Below the pieces are notes generated by a model. The model made no database searches and was not told where the DNA came from. It worked only from the letters and a program-made list of their open reading frames with translations. 59,692 nt of DNA from Patescibacteria group bacterium UBA6816 (lineage in GTDB: Bacteria; Patescibacteriota; Patescibacteriia; UBA2591; UBA6264). Position 1 is the stretch's first letter. Every line of letters begins with the position of its first letter. Below, piece by piece: positions 1 to 9,477 of the stretch. The DNA lies in assembly GCA_002452615.1 (NCBI GenBank), contig DKES01000021.1, positions 1-59,692 of the forward strand, written 5' to 3'. A program made the translations under genes and the position numbers.

Positions 1-443
1 ACTGGATTAGCGCTAAGAGAAAGAATTTTCCAGGCATCTTTCCAAACATTAACATCTTTTTCCTGACAATCAATTTCTTTAATTAAATTCCAAGAAAAAT
101 CTTTTCCCGGTTCCACGGCGGTAAAAAAATTAGGAACCAAGATCTTAATTCCAGGCCAAGTATAACAACCAATTGCAGCCTGAGTTACTAAGGCCACTGG
201 AATAACCCGGTTAATACAACCTTGAACAACACTTTCTCCAGAATAAGGCGAATCACTTTTTCCCTTTTTTAAGGGTAGATTGACGTCAGTTAAAACCGCT
301 AAAAGGTCTTCTCGGTTAATTACTTCCAAGGCCTCTTCAACGTTACTGACAACCATTCCTTCGTGACCGACTTCCTCTATTGCGGTTAGGGCAGCCAACT
401 CATTTTTAAAATCACTTTCAACAATTAAAATTTTTCCTCTCAT
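1..443 (-). CDS. CheY-like receiver-domain protein (C-terminal part runs off the window)
   Basis: Own translation from ATG 443 gives MRGKILIVESDFKNELAALTAIEEVGHEGMVVSNVEEALEVINREDLLAVLTDVNLP..., open to position 1. AAGGAGGA lies 5 nt upstream. The KILIVESD and LTDVNLP pattern resembles REC beta1/beta3. Confidence 0.5.
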   Translation of the reverse strand, partial: MRGKILIVESDFKNELAALTAIEEVGHEGMVVSNVEEALEVINREDLLAVLTDVNLPLKKGKSDSPYSGESVVQGCINRVIPVALVTQAAIGCYTWPGIKILVPNFFTAVEPGKDFSWNLIKEIDCQEKDVNVWKDAWKILSLSANP

Positions 444-457
444 TCATTTCCTCCTTT

Positions 458-733
458 TTAATCTTCAATTTCAAATTGTTCCGGCCGCCATTTTATCTTT
501 TCTTTATAGACTGACCTCTCCACCTCCTCAATACAGACTTCGAGAAAAGAATTAATCAATCCAAAATTGGCAGCAACTCTTTTTGAATAAAAAAGCACTG
601 GACCAGGAAAAATCCTGGTAATCACAGGAAATTCACAAGAAAAAACCTTTTGTTGAAGGATTTTTTTAGTTTCCATAACATCTAAAAAATCATCCAGATT
701 AACTAAAATCACTTCTTTTCTTTTAACGAACAT
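458..733 (-). CDS. hypothetical protein (91 aa)
   Basis: ORF with a strong AAAGGAGGA Shine-Dalgarno 7 nt upstream of the ATG. Its stop is 14 nt before the next ATG. No recognisable motif. Confidence 0.6.
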   Translation of the reverse strand: MFVKRKEVILVNLDDFLDVMETKKILQQKVFSCEFPVITRIFPGPVLFYSKRVAANFGLINSFLEVCIEEVERSVYKEKIKWRPEQFEIED

Positions 734-838
734 CTTATGGTCCTCCTTTATTTATATTTTAAGATTAACATATTTTTCTGTTTTGTCAACCCTGTTAATA
801 AAGATAAAAATCCCGCCTTGTTTAAGGCGGGATTGGGC

Positions 839-1342
839 TTAATGTTTAAGCCATTTTTTGAATTGAGGATGTTTGAGCCATTCTTTAAATTGGGGAAAAT
901 AAATCATTCCCAGGATAAAACCGAGAAAAGCCCCGATAAAAAATCCTAATATTCCGCTCACCCAGGCTCCGAAACGTCCGGCGACGAATAAACCAAAGAA
1001 GACACTAATCAAAGTAATTAAAACAGAAAAAACAATAAAACCAATAAATCCTCCTCGGAAAGCGGTTTGCGGGTCTTTGATTCGAGTGTCTTTTCTTTTT
1101 TCATAAAAAACAAAGACTTCAAAAAAGACTAAACAAAATAGGGCGAAAGAAAAAACCTGCAAGGAAAAAACCATCCACCAGGGTAAATGAATTATTCCTC
1201 CAAGCCATATCTTTCTGGCAATTACCAAAGGCCATTGAAACCAACCATAGTATAAAACATAGACAAGGGTTAAGCCAAAGACCCAGATAACAGACAAAAA
1301 CTCAATGGTATGAAACCATTTTTTCTTTTGTTCTGGTAACAT
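839..1342 (-). CDS. hypothetical integral membrane protein (167 aa)
   Basis: Several hydrophobic helices. AAGGAGGG Shine-Dalgarno upstream of the ATG. Confidence 0.7.
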   Translation of the reverse strand: MLPEQKKKWFHTIEFLSVIWVFGLTLVYVLYYGWFQWPLVIARKIWLGGIIHLPWWMVFSLQVFSFALFCLVFFEVFVFYEKRKDTRIKDPQTAFRGGFIGFIVFSVLITLISVFFGLFVAGRFGAWVSGILGFFIGAFLGFILGMIYFPQFKEWLKHPQFKKWLKH

Positions 1343-1402
1343 TTTTACCCTCCTTAAATTTTAAAGACTGATTAATTATAAAATATCACATTTTTTTGCT
1401 TT

Positions 1403-1542
1403 TGTCAATCCTTCAGGTTGAACCCGTATAAAATGTCAATCCTTCAGGTTGAACCTGTGTAAAATACACAGGTTCAACCTGTGCAATTCTAACCTGTGCA
1501 ATTCTACCTGACACCTATATAAATACCCGGGTTCAACCAGGG
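1403..1542. repeat. cluster of direct repeats and CAGGTT-N-AACCTG palindromes
   Basis: tgtcaatccttcaggttgaacc occurs twice (1403..1424 and 1435..1456, period 32). Perfect palindrome cacaggttcaacctgtg at 1467..1483. aacctgtgcaattct occurs twice. Variant ccgggttcaaccaggg at 1527..1542. Confidence 0.85.
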
Positions 1543-1548
1543 CAATAA

Positions 1549-1577
1549 TTGACAATCCCCTTTAAAAAACATATAAT
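1549..1577 (+). promoter_or_regulatory. sigma70-type promoter of glyA (TTGACA-17 nt-TATAAT)
   Basis: TTGACA at 1549..1554, a 17-nt spacer, TATAAT at 1572..1577. The glyA ATG begins 7 nt after the -10 box, which implies a leaderless mRNA. Confidence 0.6.
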
Positions 1578-1583
1578 TAAAAC

Positions 1584-2828
1584 ATGGACTTAAAAAAGAC
1601 TGACCCTTTAATTTCTAATTTAATCAAAAAGGAAATAAAGCGACAAAAACAAGGATTAGAGCTTATTCCTTCGGAAAATTTTGTTTCCCTGGCGGTTTTA
1701 AAAGCCCTGGGGTCTCCTTTAACTAATAAATATTCTGAAGGTTATGTTGGGAAAAGATATTATGGGGGTAATGAATTTATTGACCAAATAGAATCTTTAA
1801 CTATTGCTCGGGCGCAAAAATTATTTAAAGCGCCTTATGTTAATGTTCAACCCTATTCTGGTTCTCCGGCTAATTTAGCAGTTTATTTCGGTTTATTAAA
1901 ACCCGGGGACACTATTATGGGCATGAATTTAGCTCATGGTGGACACTTAACTCACGGCCATAAAGTCAATCTTTCTGGAAAAATATTTAACTTTGTTCAA
2001 TACGGAGTAGATCCTAAAACTCATTTAATTGATTATAATCAAATAGAAAAACTAGCTCGAATTCATCGCCCTAAATTAATAGTTTCTGGTGCCACTGCTT
2101 ATCCTAGAATTATTAAATTTAAAAAAATTGCCCAAATTGCTCAAAAAGTTAAAGCCTTAAGCATGGCAGATATTGCTCATATTGCTGGTTTAATTATTGG
2201 TCAAGTTCATCCCAGTCCTTTTCCTTTTACTGATATTGTTACTACCACCACTCATAAAACTTTGCGAGGACCAAGAGGAGCCATGATTATGTCAAAAAAA
2301 GAATTTGCTCCTCAAATTGCAAAAAGTATTTTTCCTGGAATGCAAGGTGGTCCGCATAACCATACCACCGCCGCCATTGCCGTAGCTTTAAAAGAAGCCG
2401 CTGCTCCTAAATTTAAAACTTATGCTCACCAAATAATTAAAAATGCTCAGGTTTTAGCCGAGTCTTTAAAAGAACAAGGATTAAAATTAATTTCTAATGG
2501 CACTGATAATCATTTAATTTTAATTGATTTAACCCCGACAACAATGACTGGAAAACAAGCCGAAAAAATCCTTGAACAAACCGGCATTTATGTTAATAAG
2601 AATATGATTCCTTATGACCCACGCTCACCTTTTAATCCCTCGGGAATTAGATTAGGTACTCCCGCCTTAACTACACGCGGATTCAAAGAAAAAGAAATGA
2701 AAATAATTGGTAAATTAATTGCGCAAGTAATTTATCACGCTGATAAAAATTCAGTTCTAAAAAAAGTCTCCGCTCAGGTGAAAGCTCTCACCCTTAAACA
2801 CCCCCTTTATCCTCGTTTAAAAATATAA
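1584..2828 (+). CDS. glyA: serine hydroxymethyltransferase
   Basis: 414 aa. SHMT signatures TNKYSEGYVGKRYYGG and the PLP-lysine context VTTTTHKTLRGPRG. Confidence 0.97.
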   Translation: MDLKKTDPLISNLIKKEIKRQKQGLELIPSENFVSLAVLKALGSPLTNKYSEGYVGKRYYGGNEFIDQIESLTIARAQKLFKAPYVNVQPYSGSPANLAVYFGLLKPGDTIMGMNLAHGGHLTHGHKVNLSGKIFNFVQYGVDPKTHLIDYNQIEKLARIHRPKLIVSGATAYPRIIKFKKIAQIAQKVKALSMADIAHIAGLIIGQVHPSPFPFTDIVTTTTHKTLRGPRGAMIMSKKEFAPQIAKSIFPGMQGGPHNHTTAAIAVALKEAAAPKFKTYAHQIIKNAQVLAESLKEQGLKLISNGTDNHLILIDLTPTTMTGKQAEKILEQTGIYVNKNMIPYDPRSPFNPSGIRLGTPALTTRGFKEKEMKIIGKLIAQVIYHADKNSVLKKVSAQVKALTLKHPLYPRLKI

Positions 2829-2829
2829 A

Positions 2830-3633
2830 ATGTTAAAAGGAAAAAAAATTGCCCAGAGCATAGAAAAACAATTAAAAGAAAAAATAAAGCAAAAAAATAT
2901 TCAGCCTGGTTTGGCCGTTATTTTAATCGGTCAAAATCCGGCTTCAAAAATTTACGTTTCTTTAAAAGAAAAAGCGGCCCAAAGAATAGGAATAAAAGTT
3001 AAAAAAATTTTACTTCCCGGAAAAACTAGTTTTAAAAAAGTTGTTGACTTAATTAAAAAATTAAATCAAGATAAAAAAACGCACGGAATTGTTATTCAAC
3101 TTCCCCTCCCCTCTCATTTAAATTCTAAAAAAATAATTTCTTGTTTATCTCCAGAAAAAGATGTCGATGGATTTTTAAAAAATTCTAAATTTATTTCTCC
3201 GGTTCACCAAGCCATTCTTGAATTAATAAAACAAAGTAAAAAAAATCTAAAAAATAAATCAGGTTTAATTTTAAGTAAAAAAAATTCTATTTTTGCCCAA
3301 AATCTGGAAAAATTATTAGAAGCTAAAAAAATTAAAACTAAAAATTTAGCAATTAAAAATAATTTGCCCCAAAAAGAAATAAAAAAAGCTGACCTTTTAA
3401 TTACTATTTTGGGTCAACCAGAAATAATTAAACCAGAAATGGTTAATAAAAAAGCCGTCCTAATTGATGTCGGCTATAGTCAAAGAAAGGGGAAATCATT
3501 TGGAGATTTAGACAAAAAAATTTATCAAAAAATAGAAACTGTTTCTCCAGTTCCTGGTGGAATCGGCCCATTAACCGTGGTTTATCTTTTAAAAAATGTG
3601 GTTAAAGCTGCGGAAAAAATAAAAAATAATTAA
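2830..3633 (+). CDS. folD: bifunctional methylenetetrahydrofolate dehydrogenase/cyclohydrolase
   Basis: LAVILIGQNPASKIYV and the C-terminal SPVPGGIGPLTV motif. Starts 2 nt after the glyA stop. The central NAD(P)-binding region is divergent. Confidence 0.9.
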   Translation: MLKGKKIAQSIEKQLKEKIKQKNIQPGLAVILIGQNPASKIYVSLKEKAAQRIGIKVKKILLPGKTSFKKVVDLIKKLNQDKKTHGIVIQLPLPSHLNSKKIISCLSPEKDVDGFLKNSKFISPVHQAILELIKQSKKNLKNKSGLILSKKNSIFAQNLEKLLEAKKIKTKNLAIKNNLPQKEIKKADLLITILGQPEIIKPEMVNKKAVLIDVGYSQRKGKSFGDLDKKIYQKIETVSPVPGGIGPLTVVYLLKNVVKAAEKIKNN

Positions 3634-3648
3634 ATTTAAATTAAAATT

Positions 3649-3870
3649 ATGTCTCAATTATTCACTGTTATTCAAATTGTTATTTCTATTCTTTTAATAG
3701 TTTGTATTTTACTTCAACAAAGAGGAGCTGGTTTAGGGGGTGTTTTTGGTGGAGGTGGAGAAGACTATCACACTAAAAGAGGATTAGAAAAAACTGTTTT
3801 TATCGCCACTATTATTTTAGCCTTTTTGTTCCTTTGTTTGGGAATAGTCCGCTTAATTTTGAATTCATAA
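3649..3870 (+). CDS. secG: preprotein translocase subunit SecG
   Basis: 73 aa. Two TM helices flank the Gly-rich loop LLQQRGAGLGGVFGGGG. Confidence 0.85.
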   Translation: MSQLFTVIQIVISILLIVCILLQQRGAGLGGVFGGGGEDYHTKRGLEKTVFIATIILAFLFLCLGIVRLILNS

Positions 3871-3877
3871 TCGGTTT

Positions 3878-5608
3878 ATGTCTTTCTTATTATTTTTAAA
3901 AAGACTAAAAAGAGCCAAGGCTTCAGCTAAAGCAAAACCAAAATGGCCAAGCTGGAAACAATGGAAATATCTAGGAGAAATTCTTAATAAAAAAGAAAAG
4001 AAAATTATTAGGCTTCTTCTTTTGATTTTCTTCTTATCTTTATTTTCTTTAACCATTCATTGGTATTTTTTAAATTCTCAAATTGTCCCACGCGTTTCTG
4101 GCCATCATGTTGAAGGTTTAGTGGGAGAAATTAAAATTCTTAATCCCCTTTTTTCTAATAATGAGGTTGATTTAAGTATTAATAAACTTATTTTTTCCGG
4201 GCTCTTAAAAAAAGATGTTGATTTAAATTTAATTCCTGACCTGGTAAAAGATTTTAATCCCCGCTTAATAGAAAATCAAACTTATGATTTTTGTTTACGG
4301 GAAAATCTTTTTTGGCATGACAAAGAAAAAATAACTAGTGCGGACATAGTTTTTAATTTAAATTTAATTAAAAATGTCCTGGCTTTATCAAAATTTAAAA
4401 AAACAGAAATTAATTTAATTAATGAAAATTGTTTTCAAATCAAAACAGATGACTGGAATCTTTTAACAACTGGTCTCTTGCCAAAACATATTTGGCAAGA
4501 AATTGAAGAGGAAAATCTTACCACAGTTGAATTTAATTTAAAACCAATTGGGAGTGGCCCCTACCAATTTGATTCTTTAACTAAAACTGAATCCGGAGAA
4601 ATAAAGTCCTATCATCTTAAAAGAAATGAAAAATATTATTTAACCGGCCCTTTTTTAAAAAATATTTCTTTTCGCTTTTACTCTGACTTTGAACAAGCTC
4701 ACCAAGCTTTAAAAAACCAAAAAATCAATGGTCTAATTTGCTCTTCTTCTCAATTTGAACAAAATTTAACTGAAGTTAAGGGAATTAAAAATTACCAATT
4801 AAACCTTCCTTATTATACGGCTATTTTTTTCAACCTGCGTTACAAAGAAGGAGAAAACAATCCTTTAGGAGAAAAATCTGTTCGCCAAGCCTTGGCTCAC
4901 CTGACCCCTAAACAAGAAATTTTTGAACAAGTTTTACATCAACAAGGATTTATTGTTGACGGGCCCATTCTTCCCTTTTCTGAATTTTTTAATCCAGAAA
5001 TAAAAAAATATTCTTACGACCCCTCTTTAGCTAGAGAAATCTTAGTCCGCGCCGGATGGAGAAAAAATGACCAAGGATTTTTTGCTAAAAACGGAGAAAT
5101 ATTGGAAATATCATTAACCACTATTAAAGGAACTGAATTTGAAAAAATAGCAGAATTAATTCAAAAATCTTGGCAACAAATTGGTTTAAAAATAAAATTA
5201 ATTGTTATTCCCTCAGAACAAATAAAAGAAGTCATTAAAAATTATAATTTTCAAGGATTTTTATACGGCATTTTAGAAAATCGTCATCCCGACCCTTTTT
5301 CTCTTTGGCATTCTTCTCAAAGTAATTCCCCGGGTTTAAATTTAACCGGCTTTAATTATCGCCGGGCTGATGAATTATTAGAAAAAATATCCTTGGATGA
5401 AGACCCCTTAAAAAAGAAAGAGTATTATCTTGAATTTCAAGAAATTATTACTGATAATTTACCGGCAATTTTTCTATTTAACACTAATTATAACTATCTG
5501 ATTGACCGGGAAATAAATGAAATTAAAATTGACCAAATTGTCCACCCGGCTGACCGTTTTAATCAAATAGAAAAATGGTATATTAAAACTAAAAGAATTC
5601 AACTATAA
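3878..5608 (+). CDS. membrane-anchored solute-binding protein, family 5 (OppA/DppA-like)
   Basis: 576 aa. N-terminal TM anchor, then a sequence resembling peptide/nickel-type ABC substrate-binding proteins. No permease genes are adjacent. Confidence 0.75.
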   Translation: MSFLLFLKRLKRAKASAKAKPKWPSWKQWKYLGEILNKKEKKIIRLLLLIFFLSLFSLTIHWYFLNSQIVPRVSGHHVEGLVGEIKILNPLFSNNEVDLSINKLIFSGLLKKDVDLNLIPDLVKDFNPRLIENQTYDFCLRENLFWHDKEKITSADIVFNLNLIKNVLALSKFKKTEINLINENCFQIKTDDWNLLTTGLLPKHIWQEIEEENLTTVEFNLKPIGSGPYQFDSLTKTESGEIKSYHLKRNEKYYLTGPFLKNISFRFYSDFEQAHQALKNQKINGLICSSSQFEQNLTEVKGIKNYQLNLPYYTAIFFNLRYKEGENNPLGEKSVRQALAHLTPKQEIFEQVLHQQGFIVDGPILPFSEFFNPEIKKYSYDPSLAREILVRAGWRKNDQGFFAKNGEILEISLTTIKGTEFEKIAELIQKSWQQIGLKIKLIVIPSEQIKEVIKNYNFQGFLYGILENRHPDPFSLWHSSQSNSPGLNLTGFNYRRADELLEKISLDEDPLKKKEYYLEFQEIITDNLPAIFLFNTNYNYLIDREINEIKIDQIVHPADRFNQIEKWYIKTKRIQL

Positions 5609-5690
5609 GCCAGGGTGGTGAAACTGGTAAACACGTGCGGTTCAGGGCCGTATGCTGAAAAGCTTGTGGGTTCAACTCCCACCCCTGGCA
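5609..5690 (+). tRNA. tRNA-Leu (anticodon CAG), class II with long variable arm
   Basis: Acceptor GCCAGGG/CCCTGGC with discriminator A. D stem GTG/CAC. Anticodon stem TGCGG/CCGTA with loop TTCAGGG. Long variable arm. T arm GTGGG-TTCAACT-CCCAC. CCA is not encoded. Confidence 0.93.
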
Positions 5691-5724
5691 ATTTAAGCTT
5701 TGATTTAATTAAATATTTATTATT

Positions 5725-6405
5725 ATGTCTCTGAAAGTCAATCATCTAGGAATTATTATGGATGGAAATCGCCGTTGGGCTAAGGCTCGTAATCTTCCCT
5801 CTTTTAAAGGACATGAGGCTGGTTATAAAAAAGTAGAAGAAGTTTTAAACTGGTGTCGAGAAAAACAAATCAAAATTCTAACTCTTTATTCCTTTTCCAC
5901 GGAAAATTGGCAACGTCCGGAAAAAGAAGTGAAATTTTTAATGAAACTATTTGAATTGGCCCTTTATCGCGATATTAAAAAACTTCATCAAAATAATGTT
6001 TGTTTAAAAGTAATTGGCCAACGCCATAAATTACCCTTAAAGGTTCGCCAGGGAATTATTCAAGCGGAAAAATTAACGCGAAATAATACTGGAGGAATTT
6101 TAAATTTAGCCATTAATTATGGTGGTAGACAAGAGCTGGTCTCGGCTTTTAATAAAATTCTTAAAAAGGGATTAAAAAAAATAACCCCGGAAACTATTAC
6201 CAAAAATCTTTATACCGCGGGATTACCAGACCCGGATTTAATTATTAGAACTTCAGGAGAGCAACGTTTATCCGGCTTTTTAATTTGGCAGTCAGCTTAC
6301 TCAGAACTACTCTTTATTAAACCAAATTGGCCAGAATTTTCCCAAAAAGATTTTAACCAAGCCTTAACTGATTTTAATCAACGCCAAAGAAGATTTGGTA
6401 AATAA
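5725..6405 (+). CDS. uppS: isoprenyl transferase (undecaprenyl diphosphate synthase)
   Basis: HLGIIMDGNRRWA and IRTSGEQRLSGFLIWQ motifs. Confidence 0.95.
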   Translation: MSLKVNHLGIIMDGNRRWAKARNLPSFKGHEAGYKKVEEVLNWCREKQIKILTLYSFSTENWQRPEKEVKFLMKLFELALYRDIKKLHQNNVCLKVIGQRHKLPLKVRQGIIQAEKLTRNNTGGILNLAINYGGRQELVSAFNKILKKGLKKITPETITKNLYTAGLPDPDLIIRTSGEQRLSGFLIWQSAYSELLFIKPNWPEFSQKDFNQALTDFNQRQRRFGK

Positions 6406-6434
6406 AAAATATTTTAATAACTTTAAAAAATTTT

Positions 6435-7184
6435 ATGCGCTTAAAAAATAAAATTGCTATTATTACTGGGGCCGGGGCTGGAATTGGTCGGGCGACTGCT
6501 TTAGCTCTCGCTCAACAAGGAGCTAAAATTGTCGTGGCTGACTGGTCAGAAGAACAAGGCCAAGAAACAGTAACTCAACTTAAAAAACAAGGAACTGAAG
6601 CTATTTTTATTAAAACTGATGTTAGTCAAGCCAAAGATATAGAAAAAATGGTAGAAACTTGTTTAAAAGAATTTAATCAAATTGATATTTTGGTTAATAA
6701 TGCTGGTATTTTCCATACTTCTTCTATCCATGAAACCAGTGAAAAAGATTGGGACCGGGTTTTAAATGTTAATCTAAAAGGAGTATTTTTAAGTAGTCGT
6801 CGAGTTATTCAAGAAATGCTTAAACAAAAAAAGGGCAAGATAATTAATGTTGCCTCAATTGCTGGTTTAAGGGGTTTTGAAAAAAGCGGGGCCTATTGTG
6901 CTTCCAAAGCAGGAATTATTAATCTGACCCGCGTCATGGCTTTGGAATATGCTTCTCAAAATATTAATGTTAATAGTGTTGCCCCGGGAATTATTAAAAC
7001 CGCCATGACTAAGGAAATGTTAACTGACCCGGCCACTAAAAAATCTTTTGAAACCTCCACTCCGTATTCTCGCTTAGGTAAATCAGAAGATATTGCCGAA
7101 GCCATTGTTTATTTAGCTTCAGAAGAATCAAACTTTGTTAACGGAGAAACTTTAGTTGTTGACGGAGGTTGGACCGCTAAATAA
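6435..7184 (+). CDS. SDR-family oxidoreductase (FabG-like)
   Basis: Rossmann motif TGAGAGIGRA, NNAG, and catalytic YCASKAG (Y-x-x-x-K). Confidence 0.9.
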   Translation: MRLKNKIAIITGAGAGIGRATALALAQQGAKIVVADWSEEQGQETVTQLKKQGTEAIFIKTDVSQAKDIEKMVETCLKEFNQIDILVNNAGIFHTSSIHETSEKDWDRVLNVNLKGVFLSSRRVIQEMLKQKKGKIINVASIAGLRGFEKSGAYCASKAGIINLTRVMALEYASQNINVNSVAPGIIKTAMTKEMLTDPATKKSFETSTPYSRLGKSEDIAEAIVYLASEESNFVNGETLVVDGGWTAK

Positions 7185-7191
7185 AAATATT

Positions 7192-8550
7192 TTAATCTTG
7201 AGTTAAAATTTTCTTTATTTGAGAAAGTTCTTTTTGAACTTTCTTTTCATTATCAGCCTCTACGGTTAAACGAAGAATTGGTTCTGTGTTAGAAAAACGC
7301 GCATTAAACCACCAATTTTTTCCCTGAACAGTTAAACCATCTTCCTGCCATTGAGTCTCCTGATGATAAAAGTGGGCTAATTTTTCAATTATTTCTTCTT
7401 TATTTTGATAAATTTTAAAATTTTCTTCTTGGCGAGGATAATGCTTAAATTCTGCGATTAATTCTGATAAAGTATAGTTGTCTTGGGATAATATTTCTAA
7501 CATTAAAAGAAAAGCTCGGCCTCCGGATTCATTGTAAAAAACATCTCTAAAAAATAAATGTCCGGAATTTTCTCCTCCTAAAACTGCTTCATTGTAACGC
7601 ATATTTTCTCTCACAAAAGGATATCCAGTGATACTTCTAATTGGCTTACCTTGATATTGAAGAATTGTTTCTGGCACTACTTGAGAGCAATCTCCAGTAT
7701 AAACTATTTTTTCTTCTTTTTTTCTAGATAAATATTCTCGGGCAAACAAAGCAATTACTAAACTAGCAGAAATAATTTTTCCTTTTTCATCAAGAAAAAC
7801 AGTTCGGTCCCCGTCTCCGTCAAAGCTTAAACCAAAATCCGCTTTTTTTTCCTTAATTTTTTCTTGACAAGCCTTAAGAGCATTTTTTTCTTTAGGATTA
7901 GGACTTCTTTTAGGAAAACGACCATTGGGTTTAAAATAAAGGGGAAATAATTTAAAAGGCAATTTCTTAGATAATTCCCTAATTATTTTTCCAGCTGGAC
8001 CATGGCCGGCATCAACTACTACTTTTAAAGGTTTGATTTTTTGAGGGTCAATTAGATTTAACAAATATTTAAGATAAAAGGGTAGTAAATTTTTTTTCAC
8101 CACGCTAGTTTTTTTTCTCCTTAAAAATTTTTCTCCAGCTAATTCTTTAATTCTTTCTAATCCATTTTCTTGATAAATGGGAGTGGTTTGACTAGAAAAT
8201 ATTTTAAACCCATTATATTCTTTGGGGTTATGTGAGGCTGTAATCATCACTCCTCCTTCATAAGGAAAATAGCTTAAGCTGAAATATAAGAGGTCAGAAG
8301 AAACAAGGCCTAAATTAATTATTTTTCCTCCTTGACTATTCACTCCTTTAATAAATTCTCGAGAAAGGATGGGTGAAGATAAACGCGCGTCTCGACCCAA
8401 TAAAATCCTAATTTCTTTTTCTGGTTTTTTTAATTCTCTGCTTAAAAATACTACTAAAGCCGCCCCAATTCTAAAAGCAGTTTCTTTGTTAATTTCCTCC
8501 GGATAAATTCCCCGGACATCATAAGTTTTAAAAATAGAATTATTAATCAT
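7192..8550 (-). CDS. phosphoglucomutase/phosphomannomutase family protein
   Basis: Phosphoserine loop TASHNP and metal loop FDGDGDR. 452 aa. Confidence 0.9.
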   Translation of the reverse strand: MINNSIFKTYDVRGIYPEEINKETAFRIGAALVVFLSRELKKPEKEIRILLGRDARLSSPILSREFIKGVNSQGGKIINLGLVSSDLLYFSLSYFPYEGGVMITASHNPKEYNGFKIFSSQTTPIYQENGLERIKELAGEKFLRRKKTSVVKKNLLPFYLKYLLNLIDPQKIKPLKVVVDAGHGPAGKIIRELSKKLPFKLFPLYFKPNGRFPKRSPNPKEKNALKACQEKIKEKKADFGLSFDGDGDRTVFLDEKGKIISASLVIALFAREYLSRKKEEKIVYTGDCSQVVPETILQYQGKPIRSITGYPFVRENMRYNEAVLGGENSGHLFFRDVFYNESGGRAFLLMLEILSQDNYTLSELIAEFKHYPRQEENFKIYQNKEEIIEKLAHFYHQETQWQEDGLTVQGKNWWFNARFSNTEPILRLTVEADNEKKVQKELSQIKKILTQD

Positions 8551-9248
8551 TTTTGAGCAATTACAACTAAGTTATGACCTTTTCGCCAATTAGTTTTTTG
8601 TCCTTGGCGAGTATAATAAACCTCTTTTAAACAAAACCCTGCTTTTTTAATTATATTTTTTAACTCTCTTTTAGTAAAGGCATGGTAATATCTGGAAAAT
8701 TCTTGATGCTGATGTTTAAAGGGAATAATTGTTTCTTTAAAACCAAAAAATATTTTTCTTAAATGATATTTTTTTATTAAACGAGGCTGATAAAGATTCC
8801 AAACTGTTAAAATTAAATATCCTTTTTTATTTAAAAAATGAAAACAATCTTTTAAAAGTTTAATTCTTAATTCTTGACTCGGTAAATGATGTAAAAAGGC
8901 AATCGCAAAAATAATTTCAAACTGATTTTCTTTAAAGGGTAAATTTAAAGCATCAGCGTTTAAAAATCTATCTTTGGGAAATTTTTTTTGAGCTTGATAA
9001 ATTAAATTTTTTGATTGGTCCACTCCTAAATAATCTATTTCTTTATCTTTTAAAAAAAGATTTAGTCTTCCGTTTCCGCAGCCTAAATCTAAAACCCGAT
9101 CCCCTTTTTTAATGTATTTTGACCAATCCTTAAACTCGGGCCAAAAATAACCCCGAGTTTGAGAAAATTTATCAGCAATTTCTTCCCAAATTTTTTTATT
9201 TTCCGCCAAGATTGCTTTAATTTTTTTTGTTTTCATTGTTTTTATCAT
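8547..9248 (-). CDS. class I SAM-dependent methyltransferase
   Basis: SAM motif I VLDLGCGNGR. Overlaps the downstream gene by 4 nt. Confidence 0.85.
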   Translation of the reverse strand: MIKTMKTKKIKAILAENKKIWEEIADKFSQTRGYFWPEFKDWSKYIKKGDRVLDLGCGNGRLNLFLKDKEIDYLGVDQSKNLIYQAQKKFPKDRFLNADALNLPFKENQFEIIFAIAFLHHLPSQELRIKLLKDCFHFLNKKGYLILTVWNLYQPRLIKKYHLRKIFFGFKETIIPFKHQHQEFSRYYHAFTKRELKNIIKKAGFCLKEVYYTRQGQKTNWRKGHNLVVIAQK

Positions 9249-9477
9249 AATTTAAATTTTCAAACAAATCAAGAGTTAATTTAAAACCTTCGTTCCAAAA
9301 CCATTTTAAAATCACCTCTAATTCCCAAGGAATGTTTTTCTTTACCAAACGACGGGATAAAAAATTTTTAAAGTGAAAATGTTTTATTTTTAGAAAAACA
9401 TGTTATGATTAAATAAGTTAAACAACCTTAATTTAAAAATAATTTTAAATCAGAATAGATTTAAATAGATATTTATC

